64,000 nt of DNA. It comes from Candidatus Omnitrophota bacterium (GTDB taxonomy: Bacteria; Omnitrophota; Gorgyraeia; Gygaellales; Profunditerraquicolaceae). Location: NCBI GenBank assembly GCA_028716965.1, contig JAQUOV010000005.1, positions 71,009-135,008 on the forward strand. Reading direction: 5' to 3'. Below are positions 46,505-57,649 of this stretch, piece after piece. The position numbers and the translations under genes are program-made. The notes below the pieces were generated by a model. The model was given only the letters and a program-made list of their open reading frames with translations, was not told the origin of the DNA and did not search any database. The stretch's first letter is position 1; every line of letters starts with the position of its first letter.

Positions 46505-47341
46505 TTATGGTTTCCTTCTCTTAATAATGAATTTATTGGAATATTTATTACGGTTCCTGGTGCGGTAACCCTTGGTAGGTTTACCCCAGGGAGTAACCGG
46601 GTGCGGATTACCCTGACCGGATTTACCTTCGCCACCGCCATGAGGATGGTCAACAGGATTCATTACCACGCCCCTTACCGAAGGTTTAATACCCAGCCAG
46701 CGGTTTTTGCCTGCCTTGCCTAAAATCAGGGATTCATGTTCAATATTTCCAATCTGGCCGATAGTTGCGTGGCAATCCAGGCTCACCAATCTTACCTCAC
46801 CGGAAGGCAGCCTGATATGCGCAAAATCACCTTCTTTTGCCATAATCTGAGCACTGGTTCCTGCCCCGCGGACGATTTGCCCGCCCTTACCCTTGAATAA
46901 TTCTATATTATGAATAAGGGTGCCGGAAGGGATATTGCGCAAAAGAAGGCAATTGCCTGCTTTTATCTCCATATCTTTCTGGTTGCTGGATATAATTACG
47001 TCCTCCACGTTAAGGCCCACCGGAGCAATAATATACCTTTTCTCTTTATTTGGATATTCTACCAAAGCAATCCTTGCTGAACGGTTAGGGTCATATTCAA
47101 TAGCCAGCACCCTTGCCGGCTGGTCATAAATATTACGCTTAAAATCAACTATGCGCAGCATGCGCTTATGCCCGCCGCCGATATGCCTGGTAGTTATACG
47201 GCCGTAACAATTCCTTCCGCCGGTTTTCTTAAGCGGCAACAACAGGGAACGTTCCGGTTTATGTTTGGTAATTTCGGAGAAATCCGGCCCGCTCATATGC
47301 CTTCTTGACGGTGTTGTCGGTTTAAATTTTATTGTCCCCAT
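46505..47341 (-). CDS. rplB: 50S ribosomal protein L2
   Basis: canonical (GRNxxGxITxRHxGGGHK). Confidence 0.96.
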   Translation of the reverse strand: MGTIKFKPTTPSRRHMSGPDFSEITKHKPERSLLLPLKKTGGRNCYGRITTRHIGGGHKRMLRIVDFKRNIYDQPARVLAIEYDPNRSARIALVEYPNKEKRYIIAPVGLNVEDVIISSNQKDMEIKAGNCLLLRNIPSGTLIHNIELFKGKGGQIVRGAGTSAQIMAKEGDFAHIRLPSGEVRLVSLDCHATIGQIGNIEHESLILGKAGKNRWLGIKPSVRGVVMNPVDHPHGGGEGKSGQGNPHPVTPWGKPTKGYRTRNRNKYSNKFIIKRRKP

Positions 47342-47366
47342 ATTTTTATTCTTCTTTTTGATTTTC

Positions 47367-47400
47367 CCTATATTCTACATACTATATACTACATACTGTC
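47367..47400. repeat. TA-rich spacer element (rplW-rplB junction)
   Basis: ccctatattctacatactatatactacatactgtc. Confidence 0.7.
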
Positions 47401-47409
47401 TTTTAATGC

Positions 47410-47688
47410 CTACTGAACTTCAATCTTCTGGCCGGCAACTAATGTAACTACTGCCTTTTTGGTATCCGCAGTACGGCCTAACTGATGCCTTACCCTTTTT
47501 AGCTTGCCTGACGAAATAAAAGTATTCACATCTTTTACCTTAACCTTATATGCCTGCTCCACGGCTTTCTTGATCTGGATCTTGTTGGCGGAATTGGCTA
47601 CCAGAAAAAGATACTTGCCGGATGGACCATAGGTGCTGGATTTTTCCGTCTGTAAAAGTGCCTTGATCACCATCTGAGCAACACCCAT
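47410..47688 (-). CDS. rplW: 50S ribosomal protein L23
   Basis: canonical. Confidence 0.93.
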   Translation of the reverse strand: MGVAQMVIKALLQTEKSSTYGPSGKYLFLVANSANKIQIKKAVEQAYKVKVKDVNTFISSGKLKRVRHQLGRTADTKKAVVTLVAGQKIEVQ

Positions 47689-48332
47689 TATTTTAGCCTC
47701 TCAGTCAAATCAGTTAAACCGGCTTTGGTAATAAGCAGTTTCTGATTATTCATTACTTCGTAAGCATGGCAGTCCTTGGCCAGGTCAATGGTTAAAAAAC
47801 TTACATTCTTTAAAGCCTTTTTTAAATCAGCTTCTAATTTATTTGTCAAAAACAACACCTTGCTTTCTTTCTTAATCTTGGGGGAGCATAATTTAAGGTT
47901 AGTTAATACCTTTACCGCAGACTTAGTCTTGGGGGCATCAACCTTAAATTCATCTAATATCAGCAGGTTATTTTCTTTCAGCTTAGCGTTTAAACTGGTT
48001 TTTAAGGCCAGGGACTTTATCTTTTTTGGTATTTCATAAGAGAAATCCCTGGGGTGCGGCCCAAAGACTACGCCGCCGTGCCTCCAAATAGGAGAACGCG
48101 TAGAGCCTACACGGGCCCGACCAGTACCCTTCTGCTTCCATGGTTTCCTTCCGCCCCCGGAAACCTCTCCGCGGGTCTTAGTCGCAGCTAACCCTTTTCT
48201 CTGGTTTGCCCTGTAAGCTTCAATCGCCTGATAAAGACAATCGGTGTTTTGCGAACCGTCAAAGACTTCAGCGTTAAGCTTTATGGTATCGACTTCTTTG
48301 CCTTCACAATTATAAACAGGTAAGCTAAACAT
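47688..48332 (-). CDS. rplD: 50S ribosomal protein L4
   Basis: canonical. Confidence 0.95.
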   Translation of the reverse strand: MFSLPVYNCEGKEVDTIKLNAEVFDGSQNTDCLYQAIEAYRANQRKGLAATKTRGEVSGGGRKPWKQKGTGRARVGSTRSPIWRHGGVVFGPHPRDFSYEIPKKIKSLALKTSLNAKLKENNLLILDEFKVDAPKTKSAVKVLTNLKLCSPKIKKESKVLFLTNKLEADLKKALKNVSFLTIDLAKDCHAYEVMNNQKLLITKAGLTDLTERLK

Positions 48333-48333
48333 A

Positions 48334-48969
48334 TTATTTCTTGGCTACTGCTTTCTTAAAAGCCTTCTTCTTGGCTTTTGTAATTACCAAATAACCATTC
48401 TTATGTCCGGGTACTCCACCTTCAACCAAAAGAACATTATTTGCTAAATCCACTTTGATCACCTTAAGGTTTTGGACCGTGACCTTCTCCGCCCCCATGT
48501 GACCCGGCATATGATGTCCCTTCCATACACGTCCGGGAGTAGTAGTTGAACCGATGGAACCGACCCTGCGGTGGGAAGTGGAGCCATGCGTTCTTGGCCC
48601 ACCCTTCCAATGCCAGCGCTTCATACCTCCCTGGAACCCCTTTCCCAGGGAGATTCCGCTGACATCCACAAAATCACCCTCGGCAAAAAGGTCTACCTTA
48701 AGTTCGTCTCCAATTTTATATTCAACATTAGCCTCTTTAGAGATATCCTTGATCACCTTCCGCGGCGGGATATTTAATTTCTTAAAAAAACCTGCCTGCG
48801 GCTTCTTCAGGTTCTTTTCAGACGCCAACCCAAAGCCCAGCTGGATATTCTTGTCCTTAACCATCAAGACAGGACAAGGCCCAGCCTCTATGGCCGTAAC
48901 CCCGACCAGGCTGTTATCAGCCGTAAAAACCTGCGTCATCCCAATTTTCTTACCAATCAAGCCGATCAT
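48334..48969 (-). CDS. rplC: 50S ribosomal protein L3
   Basis: canonical. Confidence 0.95.
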   Translation of the reverse strand: MIGLIGKKIGMTQVFTADNSLVGVTAIEAGPCPVLMVKDKNIQLGFGLASEKNLKKPQAGFFKKLNIPPRKVIKDISKEANVEYKIGDELKVDLFAEGDFVDVSGISLGKGFQGGMKRWHWKGGPRTHGSTSHRRVGSIGSTTTPGRVWKGHHMPGHMGAEKVTVQNLKVIKVDLANNVLLVEGGVPGHKNGYLVITKAKKKAFKKAVAKK

Positions 48970-48993
48970 TTAAGTTTATCTTTTTTTAATTTG

Positions 48994-49299
48994 CTACTTG
49001 ATCTCTACATCCACACCTGCGGGCAAGTTTAACTTCCTTAATGAATCGATGGTCTTAGCTGTGGGTTCAAAGATGTCAATAAGGCGCTTATGGGTAGATA
49101 AATCAAACTGTTCACGGGATTTCTTGTCAACATGCGGAGAACGCAGTACCGTATAAATCTCACGCTTGGTGGGAAGCGGCACAGGGCCGGAAATCCTGGC
49201 CCCGGTACGCTTAACAGTATCCACGATCTCTATTACCGCCTGATCCAAAAGCCTGTGATCATAAGCTTTTAGCTTAATACGAATCTTCTGAGCATTCAT
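48994..49299 (-). CDS. rpsJ: 30S ribosomal protein S10
   Basis: canonical. Confidence 0.95.
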   Translation of the reverse strand: MNAQKIRIKLKAYDHRLLDQAVIEIVDTVKRTGARISGPVPLPTKREIYTVLRSPHVDKKSREQFDLSTHKRLIDIFEPTAKTIDSLRKLNLPAGVDVEIK

Positions 49300-49314
49300 T
49301 TAGTAAGCACCTTT

Positions 49315-49357
49315 TCTTTTGCTAAAACAAAAACCCTGCGCAAGAAAAACAGGGTTA
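49315..49357 (-). terminator. rho-independent terminator/attenuator after tuf
   Basis: Minus strand: AACCCTG-(11 nt)-CAGGGTT hairpin including the stop codon, followed by TTTTGTTTT. Confidence 0.6.
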
Positions 49358-50557
49358 TGCAACAATCTCCGTAACTACGCCCGCGCCTACGGTATGGCCG
49401 CCTTCGCGGATGGCAAAACGCGACTCCTTCTCCATGGCAATCGGAGTAATTAATTCTACCTCTAAGACTACATTATCGCCAGGCATAACCATTTCTACCC
49501 CGGCAGGCAGAGCAGCTGAACCGGTAACGTCAGTCGTGCGGAAATAGAACTGTGGACGGTAACCCTTAAAGAACGGGGTATGCCTTCCGCCTTCTTCTTT
49601 AGTCAGGATATAAACCTGGGCCTTAAACTTTGTATGCGGTAGAATAGATTTAGGAGCAGCGATAACCATTCCACGCTCAATATCGTTCTTTTCTACGCCT
49701 CTTAAAAGCAGGCCGACATTATCACCGGCATGTCCTTCATCCAGCAGCTTACGGAACATTTCGATTCCGGTAACTACTGACTTCTTGGCTTCCGGCCTAA
49801 GGCCGATGATCTCAACTTCTTCTCCGACCTTTATCTTGCCGCGTTCAATCCTTCCTGTACCTACCGTACCTCTACCTTCAATACTAAAAACATCTTCCAC
49901 TGCCATAAGCAAAGGTTTATCTAATTCTCTGGGAGGAAGAGGAATAAACTCATCAACTGCTTTCATTAAATCCAAAATCGGTTTGGCATCCGGGCTATTA
50001 GGATCAGCTGCGGCATAAGCCTTATTTGAGCTGCCACGGATAATCGGTGTCTTGTCTCCGGGATACCCGTATTTAGTCAAAAGCTCCCTGATCTCCATCT
50101 CTACCAGATCCAAGAGCTCTTTGTCATCTACTAAATCAACCTTATTCATGAACACAACCATAGCCGGCACATTGACCTGGCGCGCCAAGAGAATATGCTC
50201 TCTGGTCTGGGGCATAGGGCCGTCAGCTGCTGAAACTACCAGAATTGCCCCGTCCATCTGGGCGGCTCCGGTAATCATATTCTTGATGTAATCTGCGTGG
50301 CCCGGACAGTCAATATGGGCATAGTGGCGTGAATCGGTCTCATATTCAACATGGGCGACTGAAATAGTAACTACCTTTGTATCGTCTCTAACTGTCCCAC
50401 CCTTAGCAATATCCGCATAGTCCCTATGCGCAGCCTTACCAAGTTTTGATAAAACATTACAAATGGCAGCAGTAAGCGTAGTCTTACCATGGTCAATATG
50501 GCCGATGGTACCGATATTTACATGCGGTTTACTTCTTACAAATTTCTCTTTAGCCAT
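49355..50557 (-). CDS. tuf: elongation factor Tu
   Basis: [10 protein letters not shown], 400 aa. Confidence 0.97.
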   Translation of the reverse strand: MAKEKFVRSKPHVNIGTIGHIDHGKTTLTAAICNVLSKLGKAAHRDYADIAKGGTVRDDTKVVTISVAHVEYETDSRHYAHIDCPGHADYIKNMITGAAQMDGAILVVSAADGPMPQTREHILLARQVNVPAMVVFMNKVDLVDDKELLDLVEMEIRELLTKYGYPGDKTPIIRGSSNKAYAAADPNSPDAKPILDLMKAVDEFIPLPPRELDKPLLMAVEDVFSIEGRGTVGTGRIERGKIKVGEEVEIIGLRPEAKKSVVTGIEMFRKLLDEGHAGDNVGLLLRGVEKNDIERGMVIAAPKSILPHTKFKAQVYILTKEEGGRHTPFFKGYRPQFYFRTTDVTGSAALPAGVEMVMPGDNVVLEVELITPIAMEKESRFAIREGGHTVGAGVVTEIVA

Positions 50558-50577
50558 TTCTCAAGCCCTCCTATTTT

Positions 50578-52674
50578 TTAAAAAGTTTTTCTTGCGCCCG
50601 AATTCACTGCTCCTGAAACAATTTTCTCCGCTACATGCGTAGGAACCTCGCTGTAAAAGGAAGGTTCCATTGTATACGATGCACGACCCTGTGTCAAGGA
50701 TCTTGTTATAGTTGCGTAATTGAAAACTTCGGACAACGGGACATTCGCTCGGATAGTGCGTAAATTCAATCTCTGCCCAAGGGCAATAATCTTGGCGCGT
50801 CGGCTGCTTAAATCGCCTATGATCTGCCCCATGAACTCCTCGGGAACAATTACTTCAATATCCATAATCGGCTCTAATAATACCGGATGCGCTTTCCTCA
50901 TCCCGTCCTGGAAAGCAATGGAGCCTGCCATTTTAAAAGCCAGCTCCGAGGAATCAACCTCATGGAATGAGCCGTCTACTAAAACAACATTCACGTCGGT
51001 AACAGGATAACCTGCCAGGACTCCGTTTTTAGCCGCGCCCAATACCCCCTGCTTTACCGCGGGGATAAATTCACGCGGGATAGAACCGCTTTTGATTTTG
51101 TCCTCAAAAGTAATCCCTGTGCCGGGCGTCTCCTGCGGGCTCATTTCTATAACACAATGTCCATATTGCCCGCGGCCTCCGGATTGCGAAATAAATTTAC
51201 CGACGCTGGAAACACTTTTCTTGATTGTCTCACGGTATGCAACCTGCGGAGCGCCTACCTGCGCTTCTACATTAAATTCACGCAAAATCCTGTCAATAAT
51301 TATTTCCAAATGCAGCTGCCCCATCCCGGCAATAAGCGTCTGTCCGGTCTCATGGTTATAAGTCACCCTGAAAGAGGGGTCTTCATCCTCCAGCTTGTGC
51401 ATTGCCAGGCCCAATTTCTCCTGGGCATCTTTTGACTTAGGCTCAATCGCCTGCTGGATAACCGGTTCCGGAAAACGCATAGCTTCTATAAGGATAGGAT
51501 TCTTTTCGGTACACAACGTATCTCCGGTTTTAGTGTCCTTTAAGCCGACAGCCGCGGCTATATCTCCGGTAGAAATACTCTCCACCACCTCCTGGCGGTT
51601 GGCATGCATCTTGACGATCTTGGTCACCCTCTCTCTTTCTCTCTTAGAGGCGTTGTAAATATAGGTTCCGGAGGCAAGTGTGCCGGAATACATTCTTATA
51701 AAATAGATTTTACCCACAAATGGGTCTGTGGCTACTTTAAAACATAAAGCGGTAAAAGGGCTCTTGTCATCCGCAATCACCTCTTCAAATTCACCTGTAT
51801 CCGGATGCGTGCCTTTTACCGCGGGCACCTCTACCGGAGAAGGCAGATAATTTTTTACCGCGTCTAAAACAAGCTGCACGCCCTTGTTTTTAAAAGCAGA
51901 GCCGCAAAGTACCGGCACGAACTTGTTGGCAATTACGGTTTTACGGATCGTTTCCTTAATCTGCTCATTGGTTATTGTCTTACCCTGCAGGTAATCCTCC
52001 ATGATCAAATCATCCGCTTCAGCTAATTTCTCAATAAGGATCAGGCGATATTTCTCAAAATCTCCGAGCATATCTTCAGGGACATCTTTTAACTCAATCT
52101 CTTTGCCTAAATCGTCTTTATATAAGACCAGCTTTTTATCAACTAAATCCACAATCCCCCTGAAGTCAGCTTCCCTGCCAAAAGGGATCTGGATTGCCGC
52201 CACATTTGCTCCCAGCCTTTTATGCATCTGGTCAATCACTTCGAAGAAATCCGAGCCCGTGCGGTCCATTTTATTTACAAAAGCAATACGCGGAACACTA
52301 TAACGGTCTGCCTGGCGCCATACGGTTTCCGATTGCGGCTCAACTCCGCCGACACCGCAGAATACGACCACCGCGCCGTCTAAGACCTTTAGCGACCTTT
52401 CTACCTCAATAGTAAAATCCACGTGGCCCGGAGTATCAATAAGGTTAATCGTTACATCCTTCCAGGTGCAAGTAGTAGCAGCAGCGGTAATGGTAATTCC
52501 CCTTTCCTGTTCCTGGACCATCCAATCCATGGTTGCCGCGCCATCATGGACCTCTCCAATCTTATAGTTCCTGCCCGTATAAAACAGGATACGCTCGCTG
52601 GTAGTAGTCTTGCCAGCATCTATATGGGCGATTATCCCGATATTCCTTATTTTGTCTAACGCTATTTTTCTCAT
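50578..52674 (-). CDS. fusA: elongation factor G
   Basis: 698 aa, AHIDAGKTT. Confidence 0.97.
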   Translation of the reverse strand: MRKIALDKIRNIGIIAHIDAGKTTTSERILFYTGRNYKIGEVHDGAATMDWMVQEQERGITITAAATTCTWKDVTINLIDTPGHVDFTIEVERSLKVLDGAVVVFCGVGGVEPQSETVWRQADRYSVPRIAFVNKMDRTGSDFFEVIDQMHKRLGANVAAIQIPFGREADFRGIVDLVDKKLVLYKDDLGKEIELKDVPEDMLGDFEKYRLILIEKLAEADDLIMEDYLQGKTITNEQIKETIRKTVIANKFVPVLCGSAFKNKGVQLVLDAVKNYLPSPVEVPAVKGTHPDTGEFEEVIADDKSPFTALCFKVATDPFVGKIYFIRMYSGTLASGTYIYNASKRERERVTKIVKMHANRQEVVESISTGDIAAAVGLKDTKTGDTLCTEKNPILIEAMRFPEPVIQQAIEPKSKDAQEKLGLAMHKLEDEDPSFRVTYNHETGQTLIAGMGQLHLEIIIDRILREFNVEAQVGAPQVAYRETIKKSVSSVGKFISQSGGRGQYGHCVIEMSPQETPGTGITFEDKIKSGSIPREFIPAVKQGVLGAAKNGVLAGYPVTDVNVVLVDGSFHEVDSSELAFKMAGSIAFQDGMRKAHPVLLEPIMDIEVIVPEEFMGQIIGDLSSRRAKIIALGQRLNLRTIRANVPLSEVFNYATITRSLTQGRASYTMEPSFYSEVPTHVAEKIVSGAVNSGARKTF

Positions 52675-52689
52675 CTCTTTTTTGCTTTT

Positions 52690-52724
52690 CCCTGCATACT
52701 ATATACTACCTACTACATACTGAC
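52690..52724. repeat. TA-rich spacer element (rpsG-fusA junction)
   Basis: ccctgcatactatatactacctactacatactgac. Confidence 0.7.
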
Positions 52725-52727
52725 TTT

Positions 52728-53198
52728 TTACCAGCGGAAATGCGCATAGGCTTTATTTGATTCAGCCATCTTATGCGTATCATCCCTTTTCTTAATCGCT
52801 GACCCTTCACCTTTATAGGCAGCAATAATTTCATCGGCCAGCTTTTCCTGCATAGGCTTACCCTTCCTATGCTGCGCGAAATCCCTGATCCAGCGCAAGG
52901 CAATGGAAGTTCCGCGTTCCTGTCTGACCTCTATAGGAACCTGATAAGTAGCTCCTCCGACCCTGCGCGGTTTTACTTCCAGGCGCGGCCGGGCATTATC
53001 CAATGCCTTATAAAATACCTTTAAAATATCCTGTTCATTTAAATTCTTCTGGGCAATATCAAAAGCACTATAAACCAGCTTTTCTGCAACTGATTTCTTG
53101 CCCTCAACCATAACCATATTGATAAACTTGGCTACTATCTTGCTGTTAAACTTAGGATCCGCTAGAATATTTTTTTCCTGCGCTTTTCTTCTTCTCAT
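52728..53198 (-). CDS. rpsG: 30S ribosomal protein S7
   Basis: canonical. Confidence 0.95.
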   Translation of the reverse strand: MRRRKAQEKNILADPKFNSKIVAKFINMVMVEGKKSVAEKLVYSAFDIAQKNLNEQDILKVFYKALDNARPRLEVKPRRVGGATYQVPIEVRQERGTSIALRWIRDFAQHRKGKPMQEKLADEIIAAYKGEGSAIKKRDDTHKMAESNKAYAHFRW

Positions 53199-53233
53199 TA
53201 TCGTTCCTTTATTTATTGCGTTTCAACTTGAAT

Positions 53234-53611
53234 TTACGCCGCCTTTGGCCTTTTTGCTCCGTATTTTGAACGCCCTCTCCTGCGCGCGCTAACCCCCGAA
53301 GCATCCAAGGTACCTCTGACAATATGGTACCTTACACCGGGTAAATCTTTAACCCTGCCGCCTCTGACTAAAACAATGGAATGCTCCTGTAGGTTATGCC
53401 CTTCTCCGGGAATATAAGCTGTAACTTCAATACCCGTGGTAAGCCTGACCCTGGCAATCTTTCTTAAGGCAGAGTTGGGCTTTTTGGGCGTCATAGTTCG
53501 TACCTGAAGACAAACCCCCCTTCTCTGGGGACAGCTCTTTAAAGCCGGAGATTTGCTTCTCTTATTCTTGGAGATCCTACCAAACCTGATTAATTGCGCG
53601 ATTGTGGGCAT
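53234..53611 (-). CDS. rpsL: 30S ribosomal protein S12
   Basis: [22 protein letters not shown]. Confidence 0.96.
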   Translation of the reverse strand: MPTIAQLIRFGRISKNKRSKSPALKSCPQRRGVCLQVRTMTPKKPNSALRKIARVRLTTGIEVTAYIPGEGHNLQEHSIVLVRGGRVKDLPGVRYHIVRGTLDASGVSARRRGRSKYGAKRPKAA

Positions 53612-53614
53612 AGA

Positions 53615-56600
53615 TTATTCCTTTTCCTCTTTCTTCTCTGCGCTCTTCTCAGCGCCTGATTTTATTACCTCAATATCGCGGTGTGCCCTAAACCCCGTAC
53701 CTGCGGGAATCAAGTGGCCCACGATAACATTCTCTTTTAATCCAAACAACTCGTCGCGTTTCCCGCTGGTTGCCGCTTCCGTCAAAACACGGGTAGTCTC
53801 CTGGAAACTGGCCGCGGAAATAAAACTTTCGGTAGTAAGCGAGGCCTTGGTGATGCCCAAAAGTAACGGTGTTGCCTGTGCAGGCTTACCGCCTTTCTTG
53901 ATCACCCGGGTATTCTCTTTCTGAAACACCCACTTATCTACCTGTTGAGTAGATAAGAATTCCGTATCGCCCGGATCCTCAATCCTTACCTTTTTAAGCA
54001 TCTGACGGATAATCACCTCTATATGCTTATCATTAATGCGCACTCCCTGCAGGCGGTAAACCTCCTGTACTTCATTAACCAGGTACTCCTGTAAAACCTT
54101 ATCCCCGCAAACACTCAAAATATCCTGCAGGACTACGGGGCCGTCGGTAAGCTGCTGGCCTGCAGTAACCTTATCCCCTTTATAAACATTCGGATGCTTG
54201 CCATGCGGAATAATATACTCCCTGGCCATACCGGTAACAGATTTGACAATGATTACGCGCTGATTCTTTTTGGTTTCGCCGAATTCCACGAACCCGTCGA
54301 TTTCGCTGATTACCGCAGGGTCCTTAGGTCTCCTTGCTTCAAAAAGCTCTGCTACGCGCGGAAGGCCTCCGGTAATATCGCGGGTTTTAACTACCGTACG
54401 CGGTATTTTTGCCAAAAGGTCCCCTCCTCCTACCCGCTCGCCATCCCTGACGATAATATGCGCTCCGATAGGAATAGGATAAATACCCAGGACCTCTTTT
54501 TTCTCGTCTATGATAACCACTTGCGGATGATATTCCGGTTTATGCTCCACTACTACGCGCTCGGTTAATTTTGTAACCGGGTTAATCTCATCACGCATGG
54601 TAACATTTTCGCGCAAGTCTTCAAAACGCACTATACCGCCGACTTCGGTAAGCACCGGAAGGGTATACGGATCCCAACGGACGAAGACTATGCCTTTCTT
54701 AACCTCTTCGGCGTCAAGGATAGTGATAAAAGCCCCTTGCGGTACGGGATAACGCTCAAGCTCCCTCCCCTGGACATCATTGATACTGATCGCTCCGTTC
54801 CTGTTCAAAACAACATTCTCTTTGTTTTTAAGCGTAACCCTCAAATTATGGTATTTAACTATACCGTCATTCTTGGACTTTACAAACGACTGCTCAATAG
54901 TCCTTGAGGCTGTACCTCCGATATGAAAAGTCCTCATCGTCAGCTGAGTACCGGGTTCGCCAATACTCTGGGCAGCCACAACTCCGATCGCCTCACCCAG
55001 TTCAACTAACCTGCCGGTAGAAAGGTTCCGGCCGTAACACTTAGCACAAACCCCTCTTCCGGACTCGCAGGTTAAAACGCTGCGAATACGTATCTTCTCA
55101 ATCCCCAGCTTCTCTATCTGTTCAGTCTTCTCTTCAGTAATCTCATGCCCCTGCTCAACGATGACCTCATCGGTAATAATATCAACCACATTATCCAAAG
55201 CCACCCTTCCGATAATGCGGTCCTTGAGGCTTACAACCTCTTCATCGCCTTCAATAATTGCCGAAACCGTAATACCGTTAAGCGTGCCGCAGTCTTCTTC
55301 GCAAACAATTACTTCCTGGGCAACATCCACAAGCCTGCGGGTCAAATATCCGGCGTCAGCGGTCTTAAGGGCGGTATCCGCCAAGCCTTTTCGCGCGCCG
55401 TGAGTAGAGATAAAATACTCTAAGACATTCAGGCCCTCGCGGAAATTTGCGGTAATCGGATTTTCAATAATTTCGCCGCTGGGTTTGGCCATAAGTCCGC
55501 GCATACCAGCAAGCTGCCTCACCTGCAGGCGCGAACCGCGGGCGCCGCTATCGGCCATCATAAAAATGGGATTAAATGACTGCATGCCTTTAAACAGCAG
55601 ATCAGAGATTTTGTCGGTCGTATGCGTCCAGATATCGATAACCTTGGATTTGCGTTCACTGTCGGTAATTATACCTTTACGGTACTGATCCTCAACTCTG
55701 GAGACCTCTTCTTTAGATTCTCTTAGGACCTCCGGCTTCTCCAATGGGACAGTCATATCATCTATGCCGATAGAGATACCTCCCAGGGTACCCATCTCAA
55801 AACCCAGGCGCTTGATATCATCAAGCAGCTTGATAGTTACGGTGTGTCCGAACCTTTTATAACAGCTGACTACAATATCGCTGATCCTGCTTTTGTTTAA
55901 CTCCCGGTTAACAAAACCGAATTCCGGCGGTAATACCTGATTGAATAATACCCGGCCGACAGTAGTAGTAATAAGCTGTTTTCCTTCAATGACCTGTTTT
56001 TGCTCATAATCATACAGGGCATTGATGCGCAGTTTGATTTTAGCGTGCAGTTCTACCGCTTTATCGTCATAAGCCACCAGAACTTCATCGGCGCCGGAAA
56101 AGATTTTCCCCTCCCCCAATGCTCCCGGTTTCTCCTTGCTAAGATATGAAACACCCAGGATAATATCCTGGGTGGGAGAAATTACCGGACGGCCGTCAGC
56201 AGGAGAAAAAATATTATTTATGGCCATGATCAGCACTTTAGTTTCCAGCTGCGACTCTAAAGACAAAGGCACATGTACAGCCATCTGGTCACCGTCAAAA
56301 TCAGCGTTGAAGGCGGTACAGACCAACGGATGTATCTTTATTGACTTGCCTTCAATCAATAACGGCTGGAACGCCTGGATGCCTAAACGGTGCAGGGTCG
56401 GCGCACGGTTAAGCATAACCGGATGGTCTTTAATCACCTCGTCCAGGATATCCCAAACCTCGATCTTGCCGCGCTCAACCATACGACGCGCGCCTTTAAT
56501 CGTATGCACAAAACCTTTCTCTCTTAGTTTTTTAATAATGAACGGCTCAAACAGCTCCAGGGCCATCTGTTTGGGAAGCCCGCATTCATGAAGCTTTAGC

Positions 56601-57649
56601 TCAGGGCCTACGACAATAACCGAACGTCCGGAATAATCAACGCGCTTACCAAGCAGGTTCTGCCTGAAACGCCCCTGTTTACCCTTGAGCATATCGGAAA
56701 GTGATTTCAAGGGACGGTTATTAGCCCCGTTGACGGCTTTACCGTGCCTGCCGTTATCAAGCAGGGCATCCACCGCTTCCTGAAGCATGCGTTTTTCATT
56801 ACGTATAATTATCTCGGGAGCGCTTAGCTCCATTAATTTTCTCAGGCGGTTATTGCGGTTGATTACCCGGCGGTATAAATCATTGAGGTCGCTTGTAGCA
56901 AACCTTCCGCCTTCAAGAGGCACTAACGGCCGCAGATCCGGAGGGATTACCGGCAGGATACCTAAGATCATCCATTCCGGCTTATTCCCGCTCTTCTTGA
57001 AATCTTCGACGATTTTTAAATTCTTAATCGCCTTGCGGTTGCTTAAAACATCTTTGGATTTCTCAAGGTCTTTCCTGAATTTACGGCAGACCGCATCCAG
57101 GTCCAGCTCTTTTAAGAGTTCAGATATCGCTTCAGCACCTATTTTAGCCTTGAAATTTGCCCCATACTTATTCAATGCCTCCTGATATTGCTCATCAGTA
57201 AGCAACTCTTTTTTCTTTAAAGGCGTACTCCCCGGTTCAACAACTACATACTCCTCATAGTAAATAATTCTTTCTAAATCCCTTAGCCCGATATCCAATA
57301 ATGCGCTCATGCGGCTGGGTACGGCTTTGAAAAACCAGATATGCGTAACCGGAGTAGCTAAATCAATATGCCCCATCCGTTCGCGCCGGACGGAGGAACG
57401 GTCAACAGTTACCCCGCAGCGGTCACAAGTAATCCCCTTGAATTTGATACCCTTATACTTGCCGCAATTACACTCCCAATCGCGTACCGGACCAAATATC
57501 TTCTCGCAAAACAAACCGTCTTTTTCCGGCTTAAGCGTGCGGTAATTAATGGTTTCCGCCTTTTTTACTTCACCCTTAGACCAAAGCTTAATTACCTGGG
57601 AGCTGGCGATCTTGATCGAAATACTGTCAAATGAGATAATCTCTTCCAT
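53615..57649 (-). CDS. rpoC: DNA-directed RNA polymerase subunit beta'
   Basis: 1344 aa; NADFDGD catalytic motif; Zn-finger [19 protein letters not shown]. Confidence 0.97.
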   Translation of the reverse strand: MEEIISFDSISIKIASSQVIKLWSKGEVKKAETINYRTLKPEKDGLFCEKIFGPVRDWECNCGKYKGIKFKGITCDRCGVTVDRSSVRRERMGHIDLATPVTHIWFFKAVPSRMSALLDIGLRDLERIIYYEEYVVVEPGSTPLKKKELLTDEQYQEALNKYGANFKAKIGAEAISELLKELDLDAVCRKFRKDLEKSKDVLSNRKAIKNLKIVEDFKKSGNKPEWMILGILPVIPPDLRPLVPLEGGRFATSDLNDLYRRVINRNNRLRKLMELSAPEIIIRNEKRMLQEAVDALLDNGRHGKAVNGANNRPLKSLSDMLKGKQGRFRQNLLGKRVDYSGRSVIVVGPELKLHECGLPKQMALELFEPFIIKKLREKGFVHTIKGARRMVERGKIEVWDILDEVIKDHPVMLNRAPTLHRLGIQAFQPLLIEGKSIKIHPLVCTAFNADFDGDQMAVHVPLSLESQLETKVLIMAINNIFSPADGRPVISPTQDIILGVSYLSKEKPGALGEGKIFSGADEVLVAYDDKAVELHAKIKLRINALYDYEQKQVIEGKQLITTTVGRVLFNQVLPPEFGFVNRELNKSRISDIVVSCYKRFGHTVTIKLLDDIKRLGFEMGTLGGISIGIDDMTVPLEKPEVLRESKEEVSRVEDQYRKGIITDSERKSKVIDIWTHTTDKISDLLFKGMQSFNPIFMMADSGARGSRLQVRQLAGMRGLMAKPSGEIIENPITANFREGLNVLEYFISTHGARKGLADTALKTADAGYLTRRLVDVAQEVIVCEEDCGTLNGITVSAIIEGDEEVVSLKDRIIGRVALDNVVDIITDEVIVEQGHEITEEKTEQIEKLGIEKIRIRSVLTCESGRGVCAKCYGRNLSTGRLVELGEAIGVVAAQSIGEPGTQLTMRTFHIGGTASRTIEQSFVKSKNDGIVKYHNLRVTLKNKENVVLNRNGAISINDVQGRELERYPVPQGAFITILDAEEVKKGIVFVRWDPYTLPVLTEVGGIVRFEDLRENVTMRDEINPVTKLTERVVVEHKPEYHPQVVIIDEKKEVLGIYPIPIGAHIIVRDGERVGGGDLLAKIPRTVVKTRDITGGLPRVAELFEARRPKDPAVISEIDGFVEFGETKKNQRVIIVKSVTGMAREYIIPHGKHPNVYKGDKVTAGQQLTDGPVVLQDILSVCGDKVLQEYLVNEVQEVYRLQGVRINDKHIEVIIRQMLKKVRIEDPGDTEFLSTQQVDKWVFQKENTRVIKKGGKPAQATPLLLGITKASLTTESFISAASFQETTRVLTEAATSGKRDELFGLKENVIVGHLIPAGTGFRAHRDIEVIKSGAEKSAEKKEEKE

